Virus record (IMG/VR): IMGVR_UViG_3300047319_000185
Coordinates: 32,001-96,000 of that record
DNA: 64,000 bases
DNA from: a virus
Direction: 5' to 3' (one strand)
Of this stretch, positions 38,899 through 46,367 are shown one piece after another (within the stretch, counting starts at the first letter, position 1; each line of letters opens with the position of its first letter). The notes beneath the pieces are model-generated. The model made no database searches. It was given only the letters and a program-made list of their open reading frames with translations, and was not told the origin of the DNA. The position numbers and the translations under genes were made by a program.

Positions 38899-38925
38899 GC
38901 TATTAATCATAGCATAGGTTCGTAG

Positions 38926-39438
38926 CTACTTCTTCAATCCTAGCAGATACTTTCTCAACTTACCAGGTGTAACCAGGTATGGTTCCCTGTCTGTCAAAGT
39001 ATAACCCACTTCATCATAGTCCTCAGAAACTAGCTGAGAACAGATAAGGTGCTTTGAATCAAGGACTCTCTTGGTAACTCCTGGAGCCTTGATGTGAAAA
39101 CGATACATCGAAATCGCCAGGTAGTCAAGGAAGCTGTACTTTACTCCTACTTGCCCGACTGCTCTGTTAACTATAGTAGTACGCTGGTCATCTGTCAACT
39201 GAACCAGACCTGTTGACCAGAGGATACTGCGTCCATCATACTCACTCAGTTGGGATATACAAGCCCCACCAGGTTCAGCCTCTACGATCTGACCGTTACC
39301 GATATAGATAAAGGCATGTTCATAGTTGGAGAACCCATCTCCATTCAACCACTGTCCGAAGCGTATTAACGCTCCTACACCACCAGCAATGGATACAAGT
39401 CCGAAGTCTCCTGGTAACGGAGTTACACTATCAATCAT
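38926..39438 (-). CDS. Permuted papain-like NlpC/P60 protein (YiiX/YaeF family)
   Basis: PGD...H.FIY.G.G..VEA...G..Y...ICSQLV...VTP. Confidence 0.85.
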   Translation of the reverse strand: MIDSVTPLPGDFGLVSIAGGVGALIRFGQWLNGDGFSNYEHAFIYIGNGQIVEAEPGGACISQLSEYDGRSILWSTGLVQLTDDQRTTIVNRAVGQVGVKYSFLDYLAISMYRFHIKAPGVTKRVLDSKHLICSQLVSEDYDEVGYTLTDREPYLVTPGKLRKYLLGLKK

Positions 39439-39588
39439 CACACTTCTCCACATGAACTCTCAAAGCCACATTAGCATCATGCTCAGTGGGAAATGGACCT
39501 TCTACATGCTTACGTTTGTCACTACACTGATGGGAGTATGCCCAACCTCTATTAGCCTTATATACCATTTTATTCTCCTTATTATACG

Positions 39589-39660
39589 TACCCCCCGTGG
39601 GAATCGAACCCACTACTCGACGTTTAAAAGACGCCTTGTCAACCGGAGACACTGAGGGGC
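39589..39660 (-). tRNA. tRNA-Lys(TTT)
   Basis: GGCGT-CTTTTAA-ACGTC. Confidence 0.83.
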
Positions 39661-39687
39661 ATAAGGCCATTTCTGGCCCGTTTTACT

Positions 39688-39984
39688 TTAATCAATCTGC
39701 CAGCTAGTCTGACAGTCAGCGCAAGTACCATAATGGCCTCTAGCGCCACGAGAGACCGGTAGAATAGTTCCAAGACCACCAATAATCTTGCCTGTGAAAA
39801 GATTGGTGTTATGGTCTCCACGTCTATCTCTTGGACAGTCAACAAGTTCCCCTGTTGACCCACCAGGAGAATTCCTGGTAAGATTACGCTTTTCCTGACC
39901 ATTCTTCTTGTAGTAACGCGCAGCATGGTCATTAACATCAAACGGCTTACGAGGTTCTGGCTCTTTCTTACCAAACAAACTCAC
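39688..39984 (-). CDS. Zn-ribbon-like protein
   Basis: CP....DHNT.LFTG...SRG..G.Y.TC.DC..W. Confidence 0.6.
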   Translation of the reverse strand: MSLFGKKEPEPRKPFDVNDHAARYYKKNGQEKRNLTRNSPGGSTGELVDCPRDRRGDHNTNLFTGKIIGGLGTILPVSRGARGHYGTCADCQTSWQID

Positions 39985-40250
39985 GATGCAGGATTTCCCT
40001 TCTTATCAGTAAGCTGCCATGCACAGCCGCAGTCGTTACAGGTCATATACGTACCCTTGTCTCCACGAGATGTACAGAGAAGTGGGTATACCTTTGTTCC
40101 ATCAGACTGCTGCTTATAACCACAAGTTATCATACCTGTGAAGAGATGGGTATTATGGTCTCGTTTGCCACTAGGACAAGGAGGACTGGAATTGAATACC
40201 GATCCACCCTTATATACAAACGCCTTAATGGTATCACCTAGAAAACTGAT
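39981..40250 (-). CDS. Paralog of 39688-39984 starting at an ATC codon
   Basis: GGAGG-CAAACT-ATC; same CP..DHNT.LFTG..SRG..TC.DC..WQ motif; GTGA coupling. Confidence 0.6.
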   Translation of the reverse strand: MSFLGDTIKAFVYKGGSVFNSSPPCPSGKRDHNTHLFTGMITCGYKQQSDGTKVYPLLCTSRGDKGTYMTCNDCGCAWQLTDKKGNPAS

Positions 40251-40279
40251 AGTTTGCCTCCTATAGTTTTTATATAACG

Positions 40280-40352
40280 AGCCTTATCAGGGAGTCGAAC
40301 CCTGTCTCTCTCCGTACCAAGGAGAAGTGCTAACCATAGTCACTAATAAGGC
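40280..40352 (-). tRNA. tRNA-Thr(GGT)
   Basis: TCTCC-TTGGTAC-GGAGA. Confidence 0.9.
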
Positions 40353-40463
40353 ATAACAGATTGAGTCTCTAGAGTTCCGTTTAACGGTGCCCTCTCTCTG
40401 CTTTCTTGTATGAAATCCAGCCCTGTGCTCCGGACGCTCTTTGCCCTTCATTCATACAATACG

Positions 40464-40534
40464 TACTCCGCCAGGGACTCGAACCCTGATCCCCAGATTA
40501 AGAGTCTGGTGCATCACCTTAATGCTTGCAGAGC
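40464..40534 (-). tRNA. tRNA-Lys(CTT)
   Basis: CCAGA-CTCTTAA-TCTGG. Confidence 0.9.
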
Positions 40535-40660
40535 ATGTGAGTAGTTCTCGTAACACTACACCGTAGACGTTTACTGAAGCCGATATCTATGGTTCATGTT
40601 AATTATTGGACTCAAAGTCTTCAGTTACCGGAAATCCGTGACTCCTACTCAAAGCCATTG

Positions 40661-40732
40661 TGGAGCTACGGGGATTCGAACCCCGAATTCCTGCTTGCAA
40701 AACAGGCGTGTTGCCACTAACACTATAGCCCC
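40661..40732 (-). tRNA. tRNA-Ala(TGC)
   Basis: Loop TTTGCAA; G3.U70. Confidence 0.92.
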
Positions 40733-40901
40733 AATGTGCCGTAAGGAGACCCCACTATCTCTGCGTGAGGTCACCAGGATGAGCCTTAGCCGAGAGATAT
40801 TACGCATATCTCATCCCAGTAGGTTCCCTTACTTGCGCGCCTTACCCTTAGCGTTTGCGCTTCCCTGATGTAGTCTAGCTTAGCAGATCAGGCTCTAAGA
40901 G

Positions 40902-41303
40902 TCAATCTCGCCAGACCCAGCCAGATCGGTGTACTTCAGCATCACGTTCATGCTTCTCGATCTCATCTGCTGGAATTACCAGAATGTCATCCTGTAGCAG
41001 ATACTGCTCCAACGTAGTATACGTATAGGTATAGCTTCCGAATATGCGTGCAGATTCGATATACTCGTTACCTTCATAGCCGCACCCACGCTCATAAGCA
41101 GTAGCTTCTCTCAAGGAGTCGCTTTGAGTAATGGAATAGTCTTCACCACAGCAAGAACACGTTACGTTATTCGGGTCATGGCCAAAACGGCTGTAGAAGA
41201 CAGAGGTAGCTTGATTCTCTGGAGCCTCAATGTAGATGTACTGATATGGAGACTCCTTGGTTCCACCACCAGAATGCATATCCATAAACTGTGTCCACAC
41301 CAT
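40902..41303 (-). CDS. Hypothetical phage protein
   Basis: GGAGG RBS; FMDMHSGG...CSCCG. Confidence 0.65.
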   Translation of the reverse strand: MVWTQFMDMHSGGGTKESPYQYIYIEAPENQATSVFYSRFGHDPNNVTCSCCGEDYSITQSDSLREATAYERGCGYEGNEYIESARIFGSYTYTYTTLEQYLLQDDILVIPADEIEKHERDAEVHRSGWVWRD

Positions 41304-41382
41304 ATTGCCTCCTATATCGTGGTACGTCATTAGGTAAAAATAAACTCCACCAGTATTTCTACGGTGGAGAGGATTAAGTTAA

Positions 41383-41491
41383 TGATAGATCGTAGCATAC
41401 CGGACTCGAACCGGTGCGACGGACCAGTAACGATCCGTACTCTACCTCTGAGTTAATACTACGAGACTGAATTGACTGTCTCGACCTATCA
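41383..41491 (-). ncRNA. tRNA-like RNA with canonical D/T arms, abnormal anticodon arm and extra 5' hairpin/outer stem
   Basis: TGATAGGTCG/CGATCTATCA outer stem; ACTC-AGAGGTA-GAGT; ACCGG-TTCGAGT-CCGGT. Confidence 0.7.
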
Positions 41492-41493
41492 AG

Positions 41494-41569
41494 CTCTCAC
41501 GACTGGAATCGAACCAGTAGGGGGACGGTTTAACAGACCGTTGCAACTGCCAATAGCTGCCCCGTGAGA
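41494..41569 (-). tRNA. tRNA-Asn(GTT)
   Basis: ACGGT-CTGTTAA-ACCGT. Confidence 0.85.
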
Positions 41570-41646
41570 ATAAACCCTAACCACAAGGGGAAGGGTGTGT
41601 TATCAGCTCAACAAGAGTATCAGGTACCTCTTCTCTCGTCAAGCAG

Positions 41647-41714
41647 CAGGGTATGTAGGGATTGAACCTACCAAGAAAGCTTTTGGAGAGCGATCTCCTC
41701 CCAGAGGATACCCT
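41647..41714 (-). tRNA. tRNA-Trp(CCA), minimal D arm
   Basis: AGGGTAT/ATACCCT acceptor, loop CTCCAAA, G73. Confidence 0.72.
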
Positions 41715-41761
41715 ATCGCGGTTCCGTTGTGTAATCGGACAACGGTTTCCTAAAACCTGCG

Positions 41762-41845
41762 TAGCCCTTATCGGATTCGAACCGATACGTCACAAGGACA
41801 CTGGTTCCTAAGACCAGCGCGTCTGCCAGATTCCGCCAAAAGGCC
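41762..41845 (-). tRNA. tRNA-Leu(TAG)
   Basis: CTGGT-CTTAGGA-ACCAG; long variable arm. Confidence 0.92.
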
Positions 41846-41850
41846 ATACG

Positions 41851-42276
41851 TTAGCTTATTAAGTTATGGACATAATGAGAAGCTTCATAGTCTGAAGCAG
41901 AGGCATTATGTATTCCGCCATGTCCTCTATGATGCTTACTGCACAAGAACATGAAGTTCTCGTCAGATTCTACCCAAGCCCCGATTTCATCAGGATTTGA
42001 GATACCGGGAAAGTCTCTTTCAAGGTAGGTTAAGTCTACACCCTGCTGCATACTGAATTCAACATGTGCGTGGTGAAGTTCTAGTCCTCCGACACATTCT
42101 GCTGTATCCCCGCCACGTCTCAGCGCGAAATCACAAACTGCTGTGTCTACATGAGTCTTGCGGTAATGGTTAAAATCCTTGTAATGCGGATCATCTGTAC
42201 GAGCTGGGTGAGCAGGAAACGCTACAGTGTAGTGCTTAGTCTCTGCTTGACTGTGTGCGTTTACTATCTTACCCAT
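41851..42276 (-). CDS. His-rich HNH-like protein
   Basis: LELHH...N...LC..HH....GIH. Confidence 0.55.
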   Translation of the reverse strand: MGKIVNAHSQAETKHYTVAFPAHPARTDDPHYKDFNHYRKTHVDTAVCDFALRRGGDTAECVGGLELHHAHVEFSMQQGVDLTYLERDFPGISNPDEIGAWVESDENFMFLCSKHHRGHGGIHNASASDYEASHYVHNLIS

Positions 42277-42296
42277 GTTGCTCCTTGTATGTCAAG

Positions 42297-42369
42297 TAGT
42301 CCTTGTCGGATTCGAACCGACACTGCGCAGGACTTAAATCTGCTGCCTCTACCATTGGGCTAAAGGACC
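42297..42369 (-). tRNA. tRNA-Leu(TAA), bldA-equivalent, short variable arm
   Basis: GCAGA-TTTAAGT-CCTGC; canonical D/T arms; A73. Confidence 0.87.
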
Positions 42370-42467
42370 ATTCGCACAATCCATCTTTTCAGGGTTCAGG
42401 CTTTGTGCTGTGCTAAGTCGGGCTGCCCCTCCATTGCCCTGACTGTGGCTTGCGTTACTTAGCAGTG

Positions 42468-42540
42468 TACTCCAGGTCGGATTCGAACCGACAACTCTTC
42501 GTTTTTGAGACGAAGTCCTCTACCATTGGGATACTGGAGC
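42468..42540 (-). tRNA. tRNA-Leu(CAA), short variable arm
   Basis: TTCGT-CTCAAAA-ACGAA. Confidence 0.88.
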
Positions 42541-42730
42541 ATAAGTGACGATTCCGGATTAGCATCCGGGAGCCACTACACAGGTCTTTAGCTTTTAGTC
42601 GGTTCAATGCTGTACAAGTAGTGTACCCCGGAAGTACCTTTGTTGTAAAGCTGTCCGTGCCAGGAGTTACTGTGCAGAACCTAAAGATGGGTTTGGTAAC
42701 TTATTAGTCCCATCCAACCCATCTAGTTGC

Positions 42731-42820
42731 TTACTTTTGCTCAGTTGCCTTGTACAACTTTACTAAAGCTGTTACAAATAACACAACTGCTGTCGCCTGG
42801 TTAAGCTGCTTTGTGGTCAT
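42731..42820 (-). CDS. 29-aa single-TM peptide
   Basis: GAAAGGAG RBS, 8-nt spacer; MTTKQLNQATAVVLFVTALVKLYKATEQK. Confidence 0.55.
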   Translation of the reverse strand: MTTKQLNQATAVVLFVTALVKLYKATEQK

Positions 42821-42841
42821 GAAGCATACTCCTTTCGTTAT

Positions 42842-43372
42842 CTAGTAGGATATACCTGCTGCGTAACGAAGTCTACGAGCATGTCTTCCTTTCCCTTTGT
42901 TCTTACTTTTGTAAGTATCTAGTTGACTGTCACAGTTAGGACAGACAAGACGAAGATTGCTCCGCCAATTATTTTCTGAATTACCGTCAATATGGTCTAA
43001 CACGAAGACTATAGGAAGTTCATTCCACATAGTTCCATTTAAGCAGATACAGCATTTACTATGCTGCTCAGCAAGGATATATAGACGTATTGGATCATTC
43101 TGACTAGTACCTGGAGCTACTGAACCCTCTGCCAACCACTGATCTAACCTAGTTTTAACTCTATGCGCATTTGCACAGCTAGTAGAGCAATATTTTACTT
43201 GGATGTCATTTAACTCTTTAGTACAGTAAAAACAGCTATCGTAACGAATTTTAGTACCTAAAATCTGATTTCTTCTCACGCCTTGATTATTAACTGTTGC
43301 TGCACAAGAACGTGAACAAAATTTAGGATTTTTAGTTTGGTTTAAACATGATGGATTCTTACAAGTATTCAT
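42842..43372 (-). CDS. HNH endonuclease
   Basis: FCSRSC and YCSTSC repeats; LDHIDGN..NN...NLRLVCPNC. Confidence 0.92.
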   Translation of the reverse strand: MNTCKNPSCLNQTKNPKFCSRSCAATVNNQGVRRNQILGTKIRYDSCFYCTKELNDIQVKYCSTSCANAHRVKTRLDQWLAEGSVAPGTSQNDPIRLYILAEQHSKCCICLNGTMWNELPIVFVLDHIDGNSENNWRSNLRLVCPNCDSQLDTYKSKNKGKGRHARRLRYAAGISY

Positions 43373-43400
43373 AGTGTAAGCATACCATATTCGAACCTAG

Positions 43401-43474
43401 AGCCGGTAGGGGGAATCGAACCCAACCTAAATCCGCTTTACAAGAGCGGTGCATCGCCATTATGCTTTACCGGC
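43401..43474 (-). tRNA. tRNA-Thr(TGT)
   Basis: CCGCT-CTTGTAA-AGCGG. Confidence 0.87.
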
Positions 43475-43481
43475 AAGTGCT

Positions 43482-43511
43482 ACTATATCAGGTTAGTAGC
43501 CAACCTGTCAA
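43482..43511 (-). promoter_or_regulatory. Internal tRNA-cluster promoter
   Basis: TTGACA-N18-TATAGT just upstream of tRNA-Thr. Confidence 0.8.
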
Positions 43512-43546
43512 ACAACAGCGGAAGGAGGAACACTGTTGTCTAACTA

Positions 43547-43834
43547 TTAGGAAGTTCCGGAAGCCGTAACAACCCAGTCTGTGATTGCATTAAGAGTAAA
43601 GTCAATAGGCTTTGCAAAAGCGTTTCCGCTTAGGTACACAGTCCAAAGACCATCTGTTCCACCAGCGCCAGGAGCTACAGGAGCCTGAACAACAGATGTA
43701 ACTGTTGGATAGCCAAGACCAGTAGCTGGAACAGGCTGCACGTAGCAGTGACCGTCAGCAGCAGCTACGAAAGCAACAGCGGTTCCGACAGTCAGAGCAT
43801 TTACTCTAGTTGGTGCGTTATAAGTGATTGCCAT
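43547..43834 (-). CDS. Small Ala/Thr/Val-rich virion-like protein
   Basis: GAAAGG RBS; composition like 26-27 kb genes. Confidence 0.55.
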   Translation of the reverse strand: MAITYNAPTRVNALTVGTAVAFVAAADGHCYVQPVPATGLGYPTVTSVVQAPVAPGAGGTDGLWTVYLSGNAFAKPIDFTLNAITDWVVTASGTS

Positions 43835-43916
43835 TTTTGAGCCTTTCATGAAAGAACTATATTTAGTTCGCTATAGCCCTATTATCGTATCATGAAAGGT
43901 CATTTAATTCTTAACG

Positions 43917-43988
43917 TACCCCCGGAGGGAATTGAACCCTCTCTTCAGGCTTGAAAGGCCAGTGTACTAACCAATATACTACGGGGAC
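43917..43988 (-). tRNA. tRNA-Glu(TTC)
   Basis: Loop CTTTCAA. Confidence 0.88.
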
Positions 43989-44225
43989 AAAAACCCTACC
44001 AGTCCCGGAGAACGGTAGGGAACAATCTCGGCAAGGGAACAGTAGTGCCTGCTTCGAATCAGGGACTGTTGGTGCCTTGCTGAGTATAAATAGTCCTTAG
44101 GGTTACCCATCCCTTAACTACACTGAATGGTTGATCACAGGCAGCTTATCTCATTTCAGCTAGCGAGACCGGATGTGGCTTCAGCTCATCCCGCAATCTC
44201 TTGAGACCTGTGAGGGTAACAAACG

Positions 44226-44299
44226 TACTCCGTACGGGGCTCGAACCCGTAATCTCTTCCTTGAGAGGGAAGTGACTTAACCACTTTGTCCAACGGAGC
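44226..44299 (-). tRNA. tRNA-Glu(CTC)
   Basis: CTTCC-CTCTCAA-GGAAG. Confidence 0.92.
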
Positions 44300-44302
44300 A
44301 TA

Positions 44303-44455
44303 TTACTTATTTCTTAGACTGTCTACTACTTTGCGCTGATCCCTGATCTTTGTGGTCAAGGCCTGTCGTTGTGCACTCTGCTTCACAGTACGCAATTCTT
44401 GCATCATCTCATGAAGTTTGTCAAGTGCGTCCTTGTATTCCTGACTGAAGCCCAT
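44303..44455 (-). CDS. 50-aa helical miniprotein
   Basis: GAGGAG RBS; MGFSQEYKDALDKL... Confidence 0.5.
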   Translation of the reverse strand: MGFSQEYKDALDKLHEMMQELRTVKQSAQRQALTTKIRDQRKVVDSLRNK

Positions 44456-44616
44456 ATTACTTGTGTCTCCTCAGAAGTTCAGTATTGATCTGATCGATTT
44501 CTCGTTCAATGAACTTCTTACGTTGTTTTGACAGTCCACCCTGCTTGATGATGTCCTGTCTTAGTTTTAGATAGCCTTTTAACTGTTCACTTGTTTTAGA
44601 CTCTAAGTGTTCCATG

Positions 44617-44688
44617 CGCCCACGACGGTATTCGAAACCGCCCTTGCAGCTTGACAGGCTACCGTGCTAACCACTACACTACGCGAGC
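44617..44688 (-). tRNA. tRNA-Asp(GTC)
   Basis: GTAGC-CTGTCAA-GCTGC. Confidence 0.88.
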
Positions 44689-44713
44689 AAAGTTGCTTTC
44701 GCAACCGATTAAG

Positions 44714-45022
44714 TTATTCTGGCCAGCTAATATTGGGATACTGCTCAACTGCTGTGCCATCTCGTACTATTACCCTTGACATGTCTGGAGATTCTTCTCC
44801 ATGTCTCAGGACTATCAAGAAGTTGTTAGGATAAGCATATGCTAACTGCTGTAGGTCTGTCAACCAGTCATACCACTTAGCACAGTCATATCCGCTTACT
44901 TGGCCCTCATAATCTTCCCAACCAGGAGATCCCCAGCCATACTGCTTATCAGCGTTGTTGAGAACATCCTTGATATCAGGAATATCTGTATCTACTACTT
45001 CGAAAGTAGAGTAATAACCCAT
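44714..45022 (-). CDS. Hypothetical acidic phage protein
   Basis: GGAGG RBS; MGYY...KWY...GEE..D. Confidence 0.65.
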   Translation of the reverse strand: MGYYSTFEVVDTDIPDIKDVLNNADKQYGWGSPGWEDYEGQVSGYDCAKWYDWLTDLQQLAYAYPNNFLIVLRHGEESPDMSRVIVRDGTAVEQYPNISWPE

Positions 45023-45046
45023 AGTTGCCTCCATAGATTGTAAAAG

Positions 45047-45117
45047 CTCCCCCACCAGGGCTCGAACCTAGACTCCGAGAGCCAAAGGCTCGTGTGCTGC
45101 CATTACACTAAAGGGGA
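45047..45117 (-). tRNA. tRNA-Gln(TTG)
   Basis: Loop CTTTGGC; U1-A72, G73. Confidence 0.87.
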
Positions 45118-45121
45118 AAAG

Positions 45122-45192
45122 CTCTCCAACCTGGATTCGAACCAAGTCCAGCGAATTCAGAGTCCGCGATGCTGCCGTTACACCATTGGAGA
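45122..45192 (-). tRNA. tRNA-Gln(CTG)
   Basis: GCGGA-CTCTGAA-TTCGC. Confidence 0.9.
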
Positions 45193-45267
45193 ATAAGAGG
45201 GTCGCGTATTGGGACAATTCAAACCCAAGAACCAATACCACCTACTCTAGGCGGGAAACCCAGCAAG

Positions 45268-45340
45268 TACCGTATAGGAGACTCGAACTCCTTCGTTCAC
45301 TTTGGAAGAGTGACATGCTGCCATTGAACATCAATACGGC
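45268..45340 (-). tRNA. tRNA-Gly(TCC)
   Basis: TCACT-CTTCCAA-AGTGA. Confidence 0.9.
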
Positions 45341-45353
45341 ATTATTTAATTGT

Positions 45354-45430
45354 TGGTGGCGGAGCTTCGGAATCGCACCGAATTAACCCAGCTTATGAGA
45401 CTGGTCGAGATAACTAACCTCCCGCCCGCA
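45354..45430 (-). tRNA. tRNA-Met(CAT), initiator-like and atypical; encoded CCA
   Basis: Loop CTCATAA; 1:72 mismatch; T loop TGCGATT. Confidence 0.75.
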
Positions 45431-45431
45431 G

Positions 45432-45502
45432 TAGCTGATGACAGAATTGAACTGTCGTTGACGGCTTATGAAACCGTTGTTCTGCCATTGAACTAATCAG
45501 CC
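45432..45502 (-). tRNA. tRNA-Met(CAT)
   Basis: ACGGT-TTCATAA-GCCGT. Confidence 0.88.
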
Positions 45503-45650
45503 ATCGGCTTATTCAGCCATAAAACTTATACTGAGGAGCCGAACTGCGCTACCTCAATCTTCTTACCATCAATAAGCTTCTCTACCTTAGCAGAGGCCTT
45601 AACGGTATTCAAAGGCTTACGCATATCGTCTCCTTCTAGTTGTTGTAAAG

Positions 45651-45723
45651 TGTCCCCGACCGGGTTCGAACCGATGACCTGCGCAGCTTCAATGCGCCGC
45701 TCTACCAACTGAGCTACAGGGAC
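45651..45723 (-). tRNA. tRNA-Phe(GAA)
   Basis: GCGCA-TTGAAGC-TGCGC. Confidence 0.92.
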
Positions 45724-45789
45724 AAACGAGTTACTTACTTGTATTTAGCATCGTATCTATTATGTGATTTGGTGATGTCTATACGTTGA

Positions 45790-46125
45790 TCATAACTCTA
45801 GTTTGCGTATGTGCGTTCGTGTCGCATGACAGTTTGCACATACAAGATCACATTTAGCAACTTCTTCAAGAAGCGCCTTGATAGTACTTATCTTACCTGT
45901 TTCGGACACATTGACAAGTTTAATCTCGTCAGGTCGGTGATCGAACTGCATTACCCAATAAGGATATGCTACAGAGCAATCTAAACAGGGTTGCATATCC
46001 TTTAGCTCAAGAGTGATTCTGCGCATCTCAAGCTTTAAAGCTCTAGACCTTGCATAATACTTCTCTTTGTTAGCTTGGTAATGCTTCTTAGTGTACTCGC
46101 GTTGTTTTTCTTTAGAAAGTGTCAT
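45790..46125 (-). CDS. HNH endonuclease
   Basis: PC.DC...MQFDH...KCDLVCANCH..RT. Confidence 0.88.
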   Translation of the reverse strand: MTLSKEKQREYTKKHYQANKEKYYARSRALKLEMRRITLELKDMQPCLDCSVAYPYWVMQFDHRPDEIKLVNVSETGKISTIKALLEEVAKCDLVCANCHATRTHIRKLEL

Positions 46126-46163
46126 ACTTCATTGTATCAAATCTTTGTTAGAGATTTGAACCG

Positions 46164-46237
46164 TCTAGATGGCAGGATTTGAACCTGCGACCGCCCGAAT
46201 CCAAGTCGGGTACGCTACCAAACTGCGCTACATCTAG
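46164..46237 (-). tRNA. tRNA-Pro(TGG), A37 variant
   Basis: CCCGA-CTTGGAT-TCGGG. Confidence 0.9.
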
Positions 46238-46249
46238 ATTAATACTACG

Positions 46250-46321
46250 TCGGGCACCCGAGAATCGAACTCGGTTTATCCTGTTCCCAAAACAGGCGGA
46301 TTACCATCTTCCTCGTGCCCG
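46250..46321 (-). tRNA. tRNA-Pro(TGG)
   Basis: CCTGT-TTTGGGA-ACAGG. Confidence 0.88.
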
Positions 46322-46367
46322 ATAGAGAGCTGACGTTAATCAGCTCCCGTTGAAAGGAGGCAAGATC

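Noticed and set aside
41420-41435. Reading the 41383-41491 RNA as an ochre (TTA) suppressor, implying stop-codon reassignment
   Set aside because: The loop is not 7 nt and lacks U33, and core genes are uninterrupted and end normally at TAA, TAG or TGA.
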